Source: Candidatus Eiseniibacteriota bacterium (GTDB taxonomy: Bacteria; Eisenbacteria; RBG-16-71-46; CAZAMP01). From it: a DNA stretch of 64,000 bases. Where the stretch lies: NCBI GenBank assembly GCA_965224245.1, contig OZ245046.1, positions 4,800,001-4,864,000 of the forward strand. Direction: 5' to 3'. Of this stretch, positions 39,372 through 49,729 are shown piece after piece (position 1 is the first letter of the stretch; each line of letters begins with the position of its first letter). A program made the position numbers and the translations under genes. Below the pieces are notes generated by a model. It saw only the letters and a program-made list of their open reading frames with translations, was not told where the DNA came from and ran no database searches.

Positions 39372-39493
39372 GCGTCACGGGGACGGGGGCATGGACCCCG
39401 GCGAGTTCCGCAGCGGATCAGGCCGGCCCCCGAGGGGCCGGCCGCGCGAGGACTGTCTGAGCAGAGGGGTTCATGCCCCCGTCCGCGGGACGC
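39372..39493. repeat. Hairpin repeat element, copy B (inverted relative to A)
   Basis: GCGTCACGGGGACGGGGGCATGGACCCC...GGGGTTCATGCCCCCGTCCGCGGGACGC. Confidence 0.85.
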
Positions 39494-39515
39494 GAAACCC
39501 AGGAGGAGGAGCGGC

Positions 39516-40793
39516 TCAGTGTCCGGAAGGCCGCTCCGCCGACGCGTCCCGGGGCGGTCCCTCACCGCGCGGCGGTGCCGCCGCCAGGGCCGCCCGCGCC
39601 GCCGCGTCGTCCCACGACGCCATGAACAGCTGCCCCTGCTCGTTCGGGGTGCGGCTGGCCGTCCAGCACAGGTGATCGCCGTCGGGCGTGAACACCGGAA
39701 GCCCGTCGAACGCGTCCGCGGTCGTCACCCGCACGGGCTCCTTCTCGCCCATGGCGTCGACCATGTAGAGCTCGAAGTTCTGGTACCCGTGGAGGTTCGT
39801 GGTGAAGATGCAGTACTCGCCGCTGGGGTGGAAGTACGGCGCCCACGACATCGCCCCGAGCTCGGTGAGCTGGCGTCGGTCCGTGCCGTCGAGCTTCATC
39901 GTGTAGACCTCGGCGGTACGGCCGGACGCGTCGAAGTGGCGCCAGACCACCCGCCGGCCGTCGGGCGTGAAGAACGGCCCGCCGTCGTATCCGTCCCACT
40001 CGGTGAGGCGGGTCACGTCGGTCCCGTCCGCGTTCATCATGTACAGCTCGCCGAAGAACGAGACGTCCTTGGCCGCCTGCTCCTGGAGCTCGGGCGACAG
40101 CGCGTCGATCGGATACGCGTGCCGCGTCGACGAGAAGACGATCTTCGAGCCGTCGGGCGAGTACGCGGCCTCGGCGTCGTAGCCCATCTCCGTCGTGAGC
40201 TGGCGGAGGTCGTCGCCGCTCCGGTCACAGACGAAGATGTCCATCGTCTCGTCGTAGTCCCACACCCGGCGCCGCTCACCGGCCGCGCGTGACGCGTACT
40301 CGTCCTTCTGCTTGCGCGGCGCGTCGGGATCCAGATGCGACGACGAGAACTCGAGGTCGTTCGAGTGCGGCCGGAAGAACGCGCAGGTCGTGCGGCCCAC
40401 CCCCGGAGAGACGCGGTGGTGAGCCCCCGTCGTCATCTCCATCACGTAGATCTGGAAGAAGGGGTTGGCGTTCTCCGCGGAGACGGGGACGTCGGCCCCG
40501 GGCTCCGGCGGCGCGCCCTCGTCCGCGACGACGGCCTCGGCCTGGAACACCATGTGATAGCCGTCGCGTGAGAAGTATCCCTCGCCCGCCCGGCGAAAGC
40601 CGCCGGCGACGGTGGTCAGCTGGCGCGGGTCGGAGATGTAGGGCGATTCGAAGCTGTCCCACTGGACCGCCTCGCCGAGCGACGAGTAGTCGGGCGCGGC
40701 GGATACTTCCCGGGTGCAGCTCTGAAGGGTCGCCGAGACGACCATCAGCGTGGCCGCGGCGGACAGGAGCTGGAGCGTCGACTTCGTGTTCAT
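39516..40793 (-). CDS. TolB-like PD40/WD40 beta-propeller lipoprotein
   Basis: AGEGYFS, GYDAEAAYSPDG, YDGGPFFTPDG, SWAPYFHP, FDGLPVF. Confidence 0.85.
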   Translation of the reverse strand: MNTKSTLQLLSAAATLMVVSATLQSCTREVSAAPDYSSLGEAVQWDSFESPYISDPRQLTTVAGGFRRAGEGYFSRDGYHMVFQAEAVVADEGAPPEPGADVPVSAENANPFFQIYVMEMTTGAHHRVSPGVGRTTCAFFRPHSNDLEFSSSHLDPDAPRKQKDEYASRAAGERRRVWDYDETMDIFVCDRSGDDLRQLTTEMGYDAEAAYSPDGSKIVFSSTRHAYPIDALSPELQEQAAKDVSFFGELYMMNADGTDVTRLTEWDGYDGGPFFTPDGRRVVWRHFDASGRTAEVYTMKLDGTDRRQLTELGAMSWAPYFHPSGEYCIFTTNLHGYQNFELYMVDAMGEKEPVRVTTADAFDGLPVFTPDGDHLCWTASRTPNEQGQLFMASWDDAAARAALAAAPPRGEGPPRDASAERPSGH

Positions 40794-40963
40794 GAACGGT
40801 TCCTCGTCGAGGGTCCACGGTGGATCGGAATGCGGCCGAGTCTAGCACCCGGGACCGCCGGTGCACGGGCAAAACGCGCTCCCGCTGGACACGGTTCCAC
40901 GTCGCCGGGTACCGTCACGCGCCCGGAAAGCCGTCCACCGCCGGAGGATCGGAGAGCGCGCCC

Positions 40964-43219
40964 ATGTCCCGGACCGATCGCCACGCCGAGACCGCGTTTG
41001 CGGAGATCGAGACGCTGGATCTGGCGGGTGTCGTCGCGGCCGAGGCCGATCTCCCCATCGCCGGCGTCCGCGCGGCCCTCGCGCTTCTCGACGACGCGTG
41101 CACCGTGCCGTTCATTGCCCGCTATCGCAAGGAGGCCACGGGCGGTCTGGACGAGGTCGCGATCGAGACGATCTGCGATCGCAGCCGGCATCACCGCGAG
41201 CTCCTCGATCGGAAGCGCACCGTGCTGTCGACGATCGCCGAGCAGGGAGCGCTCACCGCCGAGCTCCGGGATGCGATCGTCACCTGCACGACGCGAACGG
41301 CGCTCGAGGACCTCTACGCACCCTTCAAGCCTAGGCGCCGTACGCGGGGCTCGATCGCGATCGAGCGCGGTCTCGAGCCGCTGGCCGATCGGATGTGGCG
41401 CGTCCGGGAGGCGGGATCCGACGATCCGGTCGATCCCCTGGAGGTCGCGGCGGCCTACGTCGACCCCGCGCGCGACGTCCCCACGGCCGAGGACGCCCTG
41501 GCCGGGGCACGCGACATCGTCGCCGAGCGGATCGCGAACACGGCGGCGCTCCGGGCCGCGGTCCGAGATCTCACCTGGGAGAGCGGGCACCTCCGCTGCG
41601 CCGCCGCCCGGGGCAAGAAGGACCAGACGAGCAAGTTCCAGGACTACTACGACTTCACCCAGCCCGTGCGAGACGTCCCTCCCCATCGGGTCCTGGCCAT
41701 TCGCCGGGGCGAGAAGGAGGGCTTCCTGACGTATCGCATCCGGCCCGACGAGAACCGCGCCCGCGAGCTCGTCCGCTCGCGCGTGATCACGAACCGGGGC
41801 TCGGCCTGGCGCGACACGCTGCGGACGGCCTGTGACGATGCCTACGATCGCCTGCTCTCGGTTCAGGTCGAGACCGATGTTCGCACGGCGATCCGGGAGA
41901 CCGCCGAAGCCTCGGCGATCGACGTGTTCGCATCCAACCTCCGCGAGCTTCTCCTGTCGCCGCCGTTCGGGGCCCGCCCGGTGATCGGCGTGGATCCAGG
42001 CTTTCGCACCGGCTGCAAGCTCGCCGTGCTCGACGCGACCGGCAAGCTCGTGGCTCACGGCGTCGTGCATCCGGTCGAGCCGCGATCCGACGTGCACGGC
42101 ACCACACGCGCGCTCGTGCGCTGGATCGACGCGCACGACGTGGCCGCCGTCGCGGTCGGCAACGGCACCGCGGGCCGCGAGACGTTCGCGATCGTCCGCC
42201 GCGCGCTGGCCGAGGTGCGACCCGACGTCGGCGTCGTGCTCGTCAACGAGTCGGGGGCGTCGGTGTACTCGGCATCGGCGATCGCACGGGAGGAGCTCCC
42301 CGACGTGGACCTCACCGTGCGCGGCGCCGTCTCCATCGGGCGGCGCCTCCAGGATCCCCTGGCCGAGCTCGTTAAGATCGACCCCAGGTCCATCGGCGTC
42401 GGTCAGTACCAGCACGACGTGGACCCGAAGAGCCTCCGCGAGCGACTGGGTAGCGTGGTCTCGAGCAGCGTGAACCACGTCGGCGTGGACGTGAACACGG
42501 CGTCGGCGTCGCTTCTCCGTCACGTGTCCGGCCTCGGTCCGTCGGTCGCCGGTGCGATCGTCTCGCATCGAGACGCACACGGCGCGTTCGCCTCGCGCTC
42601 GGCGCTCATGAAGGTGCCGCGCCTGGGTGACAAGACGTTCGAGCAGGCCGCGGGCTTCCTGCGCGTTCGCGGGGAGAATCCGCTCGACGCGTCGGCCGTG
42701 CACCCCGAGCGGTACGCGCTGGTCGAGCGCATCGCCGCGGATCTCGGCACGCCGGTGGCCGAGCTCGTCGGCAACGCGGGCCTGGCGGCGCGCATCGACG
42801 TCGGGCGCTACGTGGACGACGCGGTGGGGCGATACACGCTGGACGACATCGTCGCCGAGCTCGAGCGTCCCGGCCGCGACCCGCGCCACGACTTCGATCC
42901 GGTGGCGTTCCGCGACGACGTCACGTGCCTGGAGGATCTGGCCGAGGGCATGGACCTCGCCGGCGTCGTCACCAACGTCACGCACTTCGGTGCGTTCGTG
43001 GACGTCGGCGTGCACCAGGACGGCCTCGTCCACGTGAGCGAGATCGCGCACCGCTTCGTGCGAGACCCGTCCGACGAGCTTCGCGTGGGTCAGAGGGTCG
43101 ACGTCCGCGTCATCGGCGTCGATCGCGCGCGCGACCGGATCGCGCTCAGCATCAAGGCACGCCGGCCGGCCCCGGCCAACGCGGACCGTGCGCGGGAGCG
43201 GCGACACGATGGACGCTGA
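40964..43219 (+). CDS. tex: Tex family transcriptional accessory protein
   Basis: TVPFIARYRKEATG, GVDPGFRTGCK, IGVGQYQHD, C-terminal S1 domain. Confidence 0.95.
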   Translation: MSRTDRHAETAFAEIETLDLAGVVAAEADLPIAGVRAALALLDDACTVPFIARYRKEATGGLDEVAIETICDRSRHHRELLDRKRTVLSTIAEQGALTAELRDAIVTCTTRTALEDLYAPFKPRRRTRGSIAIERGLEPLADRMWRVREAGSDDPVDPLEVAAAYVDPARDVPTAEDALAGARDIVAERIANTAALRAAVRDLTWESGHLRCAAARGKKDQTSKFQDYYDFTQPVRDVPPHRVLAIRRGEKEGFLTYRIRPDENRARELVRSRVITNRGSAWRDTLRTACDDAYDRLLSVQVETDVRTAIRETAEASAIDVFASNLRELLLSPPFGARPVIGVDPGFRTGCKLAVLDATGKLVAHGVVHPVEPRSDVHGTTRALVRWIDAHDVAAVAVGNGTAGRETFAIVRRALAEVRPDVGVVLVNESGASVYSASAIAREELPDVDLTVRGAVSIGRRLQDPLAELVKIDPRSIGVGQYQHDVDPKSLRERLGSVVSSSVNHVGVDVNTASASLLRHVSGLGPSVAGAIVSHRDAHGAFASRSALMKVPRLGDKTFEQAAGFLRVRGENPLDASAVHPERYALVERIAADLGTPVAELVGNAGLAARIDVGRYVDDAVGRYTLDDIVAELERPGRDPRHDFDPVAFRDDVTCLEDLAEGMDLAGVVTNVTHFGAFVDVGVHQDGLVHVSEIAHRFVRDPSDELRVGQRVDVRVIGVDRARDRIALSIKARRPAPANADRARERRHDGR

Positions 43220-44096
43220 CGAGAGGCTCATGCGGTTCGTGTCCGGCGTGAGCCGGACGCTGGACCCCTCCCTGATGGCCGAGCCCGCGGCCCTCGTGGC
43301 GCTGACCGACGAGCTCCAGGACGAGCTGAGCGCGCGACCCGGGCACGATCGCCGGAAGAACCGCGTCGTCGACGTCCCCGGGTGCGGCATTCTCCTGAGC
43401 GGACCGCGCGCGTACGGCGGCGATCGGACACGACCGTTCGTGGACGTGGTGGCCTGGTCGTTCGATCCCATCGACGAGACCCACTGGGACCGTCTGGCGG
43501 CGGCGGCTCGCGGAGAGCATCGCCATCATGGTCCCCGGCTGCGCGTGCGCGTGTCCCCACCCGCGGCGCGGGCGCTCGCCGCCTTCGCGGACGTCGAAGG
43601 GGATCTGCACGTGATGTCCGAGCGCATCGATCGGCTGCGGGCGCGGCCCCGCCCGGCGGAGTCCGGGCGCGTGGCCGTCGTTCCCATCACGCGTGACAAC
43701 TACTACGAGCGCTACCGAAAGGTGCACGAGGCGTTTCGCGAGGCGGACCCGGTCCTGCGGGATCGGGTGTCGATCTCCAGCCACCCGTCGCTGGAGGTCG
43801 CGCGAGCCGCGGGTCTCCTGTACGACGTGATCGTGGACGGCGCGTGGGCCGGGCTCATCGCCGCGAGGCCGGGGCGTCTCGCCGGCGCCGCGGGATACGT
43901 CGTCGAGGAGGAGATCCTCGTGGCCGAGCATCGCGGGCGCGGTCTCGGCGCGGCGATGCAGCGCGCGTTCGTGGATCGGCTCGACGGGTCGGGGGGGCGG
44001 CACCTCGTCGGGACGATCGATGTGGCCAACGTCGCGTCGCGCCGAACCGCCGAGCGCGTGGGGCGCCGGGAGATCGCACGCTACGTGTTCGTTTGA
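43209..44096 (+). CDS. Protein with C-terminal GNAT domain
   Basis: EHRGRGLGAAMQR, NVASRRTAERVG; overlaps the tex stop. Confidence 0.7.
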   Translation: MDADERLMRFVSGVSRTLDPSLMAEPAALVALTDELQDELSARPGHDRRKNRVVDVPGCGILLSGPRAYGGDRTRPFVDVVAWSFDPIDETHWDRLAAAARGEHRHHGPRLRVRVSPPAARALAAFADVEGDLHVMSERIDRLRARPRPAESGRVAVVPITRDNYYERYRKVHEAFREADPVLRDRVSISSHPSLEVARAAGLLYDVIVDGAWAGLIAARPGRLAGAAGYVVEEEILVAEHRGRGLGAAMQRAFVDRLDGSGGRHLVGTIDVANVASRRTAERVGRREIARYVFV

Positions 44097-44134
44097 GCCG
44101 TCCGACCGTCCGGCGCTGGCCGACGCGATGGGCG

Positions 44135-45604
44135 TCACTTCCCGATGCAGAACTCCGAGAAGATCACGTCGAGCACGTCGGCGCCCACGCGCTCTCCGGT
44201 GATCAGCCCGATCGCGTTGGCCGCGGCGCGCAGCTCTTCGGCCACGAGCTCGTGCGCCGCGTCGGGCGCGCCGCCGGGCGCGCCGCCGGACACGTCGTCG
44301 TGTCCGGCGGCACAGGAGAAGAGGTCCCTCGCACGGGCGATCGCGGCCGCCGCCTCGTCGAGCGCGGCCTCCTGACGGCGCCCCACGACGAGCACGTCTC
44401 CAGCCTCGATCCCCTCGCCGACGATCGTGCGCTCGACCGCGCGGCGGAGCGTGTCCACGCCGGCGCCGGTCAGGGCCGAGACGTGCAGCACACACGCGCT
44501 CGGCGCCGGCGCCCCCGGCGTCGACGGCGATGCCGACGTCGGAGGAAGGGTCAAGACGACGGGGCGGTCGCACTTGTTCACGACGACGAGCGCGCGCCCC
44601 GGGACGCATGCGTCCACGAGTCCGCGCTCCTCGTCCGTCAGGTCGGGGCGGCTCCCGTCCAGCACGACGACGTGCACGTCTCCGCCGGCCAGCGTCTCGC
44701 GCGTTCGACGAACACCTTCGGCCTCGACCACGTCCGGGGCGTCGGCCAGGCCCGCGGTGTCCACCAGACGAGCAGCCACGGCGCCGAACGTCACCTCCGC
44801 GTCGATCACGTCACGCGTGGTTCCCGGCGTCGCGTGCACGATGGCGCGATCTCGTCCGAGAATCGCGTTGAAGAGCGACGATTTGCCGACGTTGGGAGCC
44901 CCGGTCAGGACCACCTCCGTCACCCCGAGGAGGGGTCGGCCCCGGCGTGCGGCCTCGACGAGCCGGACCAGCGCGCGGTGCACCTCGCCGAGCGACTCGC
45001 GCATGCGCACCCGATCCGGATCGGCCAGGTCCTCGTCCGGGAAGTCGATCGTCGCCTCCAGGATCGCCAGCTCGTGGAGGACGCGACGTCGCAGCTCGCC
45101 CACCTCGGTCGAGAGCGTTCCGCCGAGCTGCCGGAGTGCCGCACGAGCCGCGGCGTCCGTGCGGGAGTCGATGAGCCTGGCCACGGCCTCGGCCTGAGAG
45201 AGATCGAGCTTGCCGTTCAGGAAGGCGCGGCGGGTGAACTCCCCGGGCTCGGCGACACGAGCACCGGAGGCCACGAGGGCATCGATGGCGCGCCGGGCGA
45301 GCGCCGGGTTGCCGTGAAGGCTGATCTCGAGAACGTCCTCGCCGGTGTACGAGTGGGGTGCGCGGAACACGGCGACCACGACCTGGTCGATCGGCTCGTC
45401 GTCTCCGGCCTCGTGAAACGTCCCCACGTGGACCGTGTTCGCGGGCGCGTCGACGAGCGGGGATCGGGCGCGGACGTGGCGGGAGCCGATCGCGAGCGCG
45501 CCCGGACCGGCGAGGCGGACGGTCGCGAGCGCGGCGCGCCCGACCGGCGTCGACAGCGCGACGATCGTGTCGTCCGACGCGTCGCCCGGGTCCTCGCGCG
45601 CCAC
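44135..45604 (-). CDS. mnmE: tRNA modification GTPase MnmE
   Basis: GAPNVGKSS, GTTRD, DTAG, NKCD, C-terminal FCIGK. Confidence 0.97.
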   Translation of the reverse strand: MAREDPGDASDDTIVALSTPVGRAALATVRLAGPGALAIGSRHVRARSPLVDAPANTVHVGTFHEAGDDEPIDQVVVAVFRAPHSYTGEDVLEISLHGNPALARRAIDALVASGARVAEPGEFTRRAFLNGKLDLSQAEAVARLIDSRTDAAARAALRQLGGTLSTEVGELRRRVLHELAILEATIDFPDEDLADPDRVRMRESLGEVHRALVRLVEAARRGRPLLGVTEVVLTGAPNVGKSSLFNAILGRDRAIVHATPGTTRDVIDAEVTFGAVAARLVDTAGLADAPDVVEAEGVRRTRETLAGGDVHVVVLDGSRPDLTDEERGLVDACVPGRALVVVNKCDRPVVLTLPPTSASPSTPGAPAPSACVLHVSALTGAGVDTLRRAVERTIVGEGIEAGDVLVVGRRQEAALDEAAAAIARARDLFSCAAGHDDVSGGAPGGAPDAAHELVAEELRAAANAIGLITGERVGADVLDVIFSEFCIGK

Positions 45605-45621
45605 GCCGGAGTCCTCGTGGC

Positions 45622-46989
45622 CTACAGTCGGCGGCGTGCCGGCCGGCGGCGGCGGGAGCGCGCGCCCACCTTCGGCTGCTCGTCGCTCGGTGACTCGCTC
45701 GACTCGGTGGACTCGCGCGGGTCCTGACCCGAGGACGAGCCGCTGCCGAGGCCGAGCATGTCGAGGGGCTCCTCGGCGACGACGTACTTCTTGCCGGAGT
45801 CCGGCTCGCCGCCACGGTCGTCGTGTCGCGGCCGATCCTCGCGCGGGCCGCCACGGGGGCGCCGGTCGCCCCGGCCCCTACCGCCCCGATCGCCGCGGTC
45901 GCCTCGATCGCCACGGTCGCCACGGTCGCCACGACGTCCGGAGCCCTCGCCCCGGGGGCCGCGGTCGTCCCGGTCGCGTTCCATGCGCTCGAAGCGCGGT
46001 GCGCGATCGGGCTCGGTGGGCTCGATCTCGCCGGTCGGACGGATCAGGATGCGCTTCTGGCTCCCGTTGCCGATGGCCTGCGTCTCGACCCCGGGCGTGT
46101 CCGCGAGCGCGCGGTGCACGATGCGACGATCCCCGGCCACCATGGGCTCGGTCTTGATCTCGCGCCCGGTCTTGATCGCTTCTTCACCCATCTCGACCGC
46201 GCGCTCGTGCAGCGCCTCGGTGCGGCGCTCGCGATACCCGCTGATGTCCACCGTCACCGACAGCCGTTCCTTCATCTCGCGGCTCGTCACCCGGGTCACG
46301 ACGTGCTGGAGCGCCTGCAGCGTCTCGCCCTTCCGGCCGATCAGGAGCCCTTCGCGATCGTTGCAGTCGACGTTCACTCGAACCTGGCCGTCGTCGACGC
46401 CACCCTCGACGGTCGCCTCGAACCCCATCTTCTCCAGGATCGTGTTGGTGATCGTCGCCGCCGTGGTCGCGGCGGCCGAGAGGTCGATCGTGGACGCGGC
46501 GTCACCGCGATCGGCGCGGGGGGAGCGCCCGTCGCGGCGACCGCCGCGATCGCCACGGGCCGATCGGCCTCCACGGGAACGCTCGCCGCGCGGGCCATCG
46601 GACCGACGCCCGCTTCCCTCGCCGGCGGACGAGGCGGACGAGCCGGCCCGGGGGGCGTCCCGGCGCCCTCCTTCCCGGCGCGGCTCGCGGCCGCGCTCGC
46701 GGCCGCCGCGGCCTCGGTCCCGGTCCCGGTCGCGTCCCCGGCCCCGGTCGCCACGGCCGCCATCACGGCTCCCGGCGTCACGACCGCCGGCGCCGCGGCG
46801 CGCCTTCTTCAAGCTCACGAACACCCGGGCCGGACGACCGCCGAACACGCCGAGGAAGCCCTTCTTCCCCTCGTCGATGACCTTGACGTCGACGTCGTCA
46901 CGCGTGGCCCCGAGCCGTCCGAGCGCGTCCTGAATGGCCGCCTCGACGGTCTCGGCGCTGGCTTCGATGTGAGTCTCGGTGGACTGCAT
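45622..46989 (-). CDS. jag: Jag/KhpB/EloR RNA-binding protein
   Basis: Jag-N (EGKKGFLG), KH (LIGRKGETLQALQ), R3H (RRIVH); long RG/RD-rich linkers. Confidence 0.93.
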   Translation of the reverse strand: MQSTETHIEASAETVEAAIQDALGRLGATRDDVDVKVIDEGKKGFLGVFGGRPARVFVSLKKARRGAGGRDAGSRDGGRGDRGRGRDRDRDRGRGGRERGREPRREGGRRDAPRAGSSASSAGEGSGRRSDGPRGERSRGGRSARGDRGGRRDGRSPRADRGDAASTIDLSAAATTAATITNTILEKMGFEATVEGGVDDGQVRVNVDCNDREGLLIGRKGETLQALQHVVTRVTSREMKERLSVTVDISGYRERRTEALHERAVEMGEEAIKTGREIKTEPMVAGDRRIVHRALADTPGVETQAIGNGSQKRILIRPTGEIEPTEPDRAPRFERMERDRDDRGPRGEGSGRRGDRGDRGDRGDRGDRGGRGRGDRRPRGGPREDRPRHDDRGGEPDSGKKYVVAEEPLDMLGLGSGSSSGQDPRESTESSESPSDEQPKVGARSRRRRPARRRL

Positions 46990-47037
46990 GTGGGTTTCTC
47001 CTCGTCCCTTCCGGTCAGCGCCGGTGGGATGTCGCGG

Positions 47038-48747
47038 TTACGCCGCTTTCGCGGGCTTCGAGGCCGCATCGCCTCGAGTGATGGCTTGCTCCGCCCAGGT
47101 GAACAGGTTCTGCACGGTCCAGTACAGGTTCAGCCCGGCGGGCATCGAGTAGAAGAAGAACAGCATCATGACCGGCATCAGGTACATCAGGCTCTTTTGC
47201 CGCGGATCGGTCATCATGGCCGTCGTCTTCTGCATCAGGATCGTGGACGCGGCCATCACGAGCGGCAGCACGTGTAACGCGTCCGGCAGCATCGGGAACT
47301 GGCCGAAGTGCACGAGGGTGTCCGGCGCCGACAGATCGTTGATCCAGAACAGGAACGGCGCCTGACGAAGCTCGATCGCGTTCCGGAGGACACCGTACAG
47401 CGCGAAGAAGACCGGCATCTGGATCAGCAGCGGCAGACAGCCCGCGGCCGGATTCACCCCGTGCTTCTTGTAGAGCGCCATCGTCTCCAGGCTGACCTTC
47501 TGCTGATCGCCCTTGTACTTCTCCTGGATGCGCTCGATCTCGGGCTTCAGCGCCGACATTCGCTTCATCGACGCGGTGCCCTTGCGCGTCAGGGGGAAGA
47601 ACAGGAGCTTCGTGATCAGCGCGACCAGGATGATCGCGATCCCGTAGTTCGGGATGACGGCGTGGATCGCATTCAGCGCCTCGTACACCAGGCGCGCGAG
47701 CCAGCCGAAGATCGCGCCGAGGAACATGTTGGATCGGATCCCGATCTTCGAGTCGATCCCCTCGCCCAGGTGCGTCAGGCGGTCCTGCTCGATCGGCCCC
47801 ACGTACAGCACGAAGCCGTCGCCGGCCGCCCCCTCGACGAGCTCGGAGGTCACCGCCCATCCGACGCGATGGGTCAGCTTCTCGCCGAACAGCGCCGCCT
47901 CCTCGGCGCCTCCGCCCTGGACGAAGAGCGCCGATATGAAGTACTTCGTCCGCGTGGCCGCCCATCGCACCTGACCCTCGAACTCCGAGGAGAAGTCGTC
48001 GAGCCCCTTGCGCTCGATGTTCTCGCCGATGCGGGCCAGGGCGGCGAACTCGGTCAGGTCGCCCTTCTGGTGCTCCTCGGTGACCGGGAGTCCGTCGGTC
48101 CACGAGAGCGTGTAGTGTCCGTCCGCTCGCCGGCCCACGCCGGAGATCTCCACCCGCGAGTCGATCGTGTAGTAGTCGGGGTCGAACGCGTAGTGGCGTT
48201 CGACGTGCGCTCCGTTGGCGCCCGTCGTGGTGAAGACCAGCTTCGCGATCTCGAGCTCGGGGCTGGACTCGGCGCGGGTGGAGAAGATCGTCTCCTCGAG
48301 GGTCAGCGCGGCCCGGCCGCCCTCTCCGTCGGGATCCACGCGGAGGACCGGCTGGGCCACGTCGGTGTCGACGAGCACCAGCGGCTGCCCGCCGGGGTCG
48401 TCGTAGCCGAGTGTCGTGAAGCGGACGAGCCCGCCGCCACGATTGGAGAACACCGCCTCGTAGAGGGGCGTCCGTACGGTGATGAGCTCCTCGATGGTCG
48501 TCTCGCCACCGGCGAACGTGTCGGTCGTGTCGGCCTCGTCCACGTCGGAGCCGAGGTCGTCCAGGGTCGAGGGGCGCTCGGGCTCGGTGAGGGTCGGCGG
48601 TTCAGGGGTGCCGCGGCTCGCGACCTCTCCGGTCGCGGGGAGATCGTCGGTCTCGTGCCGTGGCGTCGGCCGGGGTCCGAAGAAGACCATCCAGCCCAGG
48701 TAGACCAGCACGCTGAGCATGACGGCCAGGAGTGTTCGTCGGTCCAT
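47038..48747 (-). CDS. yidC: Membrane protein insertase YidC
   Basis: NYGIAII, GCLPLLIQMPVF, WINDLSAPD, PAGLNLYW. Confidence 0.97.
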   Translation of the reverse strand: MDRRTLLAVMLSVLVYLGWMVFFGPRPTPRHETDDLPATGEVASRGTPEPPTLTEPERPSTLDDLGSDVDEADTTDTFAGGETTIEELITVRTPLYEAVFSNRGGGLVRFTTLGYDDPGGQPLVLVDTDVAQPVLRVDPDGEGGRAALTLEETIFSTRAESSPELEIAKLVFTTTGANGAHVERHYAFDPDYYTIDSRVEISGVGRRADGHYTLSWTDGLPVTEEHQKGDLTEFAALARIGENIERKGLDDFSSEFEGQVRWAATRTKYFISALFVQGGGAEEAALFGEKLTHRVGWAVTSELVEGAAGDGFVLYVGPIEQDRLTHLGEGIDSKIGIRSNMFLGAIFGWLARLVYEALNAIHAVIPNYGIAIILVALITKLLFFPLTRKGTASMKRMSALKPEIERIQEKYKGDQQKVSLETMALYKKHGVNPAAGCLPLLIQMPVFFALYGVLRNAIELRQAPFLFWINDLSAPDTLVHFGQFPMLPDALHVLPLVMAASTILMQKTTAMMTDPRQKSLMYLMPVMMLFFFYSMPAGLNLYWTVQNLFTWAEQAITRGDAASKPAKAA

Positions 48748-48784
48748 GTTTCGCTCTCAGCGAGGCGATCGTTCGGAAGCTCGG

Positions 48785-49069
48785 TCAGACGACGGGGTCG
48801 CAGCCGCTCCCTCCGTAGGGATGACAGCGACCCAGGCGCCGCACGGCGAGCCAGACCCCTCTGACGGGGCCGTGCTTCTCGATGGCCTCGCGGGCATACT
48901 GGGAACAGGTCGGCACGAAGCGACACGTGCTGGGAAGGACGGGCGAGAGGACCTTCTGATAGGCGACGATGCACGCCACGAGCGCGCGCGCGACGATCCA
49001 CCGCAACCGGCTCGCGGCCGCCGCGGGCGACGCGTGCGTCTCAGGATGGAGGTTCGCGGTGTGCGCCAT
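48785..49069 (-). CDS. yidD: Membrane protein insertion efficiency factor YidD
   Basis: [20 protein letters not shown]. Confidence 0.95.
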   Translation of the reverse strand: MAHTANLHPETHASPAAAASRLRWIVARALVACIVAYQKVLSPVLPSTCRFVPTCSQYAREAIEKHGPVRGVWLAVRRLGRCHPYGGSGCDPVV

Positions 49070-49535
49070 CGATCACTCCGGACAGCTCGAAGAGCCGACG
49101 CATCTCGGCCAGCGCGTCGTCCCGGTGCGCGTCGACCAGGGGCCGGCGGGCGATGAGGACGATGTGCATCGCGCGCGCGGTCTCGTTGAGCTCCACGCGC
49201 AGGTACCGATACGCCTCGCGAAGGAGCCGGCGTGCCCGGTTGCGCGCCACCGCGCCCCCGACCTTCCGGCTCGCCACGAAGCCGACGCGCCGCGCTCCCG
49301 GAACCGGGTGCGTGATCAGCACCATGAGCTGGCCACGCACGCTCTTCCCGTTGTCGTATGCGCTGCGGAACCCCTGCCGGCTCCGGAGCAGCTCGCCTCG
49401 GGGAAGACGGTATCGGGGCGTCTCGTCGACCTCGACTCTCGACGTTGCTGGTTCTCGCTCGTCCTTCCCCTCCCGGGGCTCCGTCGCGTCGGACCGCTCG
49501 GGTCCTGTCTCGTCGGGACGATGGGCTGGAGCCAC
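49041..49535 (-). CDS. rnpA: Ribonuclease P protein component
   Basis: [25 protein letters not shown]; start position uncertain. Confidence 0.92.
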   Translation of the reverse strand: MAPAHRPDETGPERSDATEPREGKDEREPATSRVEVDETPRYRLPRGELLRSRQGFRSAYDNGKSVRGQLMVLITHPVPGARRVGFVASRKVGGAVARNRARRLLREAYRYLRVELNETARAMHIVLIARRPLVDAHRDDALAEMRRLFELSGVIDGAHREPPS

Positions 49536-49585
49536 CGGAGGGAAGTCACTTCGCAGGTAAACGAACTGGTTAGCGCCGAACGCGC

Positions 49586-49729
49586 CTACTCGTCGGACAC
49601 CGTGAGGCGCTTGCGCCCCTTGGCGCGGCGCTTCTTCAACACGCGCCGGCCGTTCGCCGACGCCATGCGCTTGCGGAAGCCGTGCTTCTTGCGGCGCCGG
49701 CGGTTGTGCGGCTGATACGTCCGCTTCAT
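49586..49729 (-). CDS. rpmH: 50S ribosomal protein L34
   Basis: [22 protein letters not shown]...RRAKGRKRL. Confidence 0.98.
   Translation of the reverse strand: MKRTYQPHNRRRRKKHGFRKRMASANGRRVLKKRRAKGRKRLTVSDE

Noticed and set aside
38411-39493. CRISPR array, or hammerhead/hairpin ribozyme
   Set aside because: Only two copies, inverted, no spacers or cas genes; CUGAUGA/GAAA and hairpin loop B consensus are missing
38821-45420. parS sites near the origin
   Set aside because: Only half-sites (GTTTCACG, CGTGAAAC) seen; no full 16-bp palindrome
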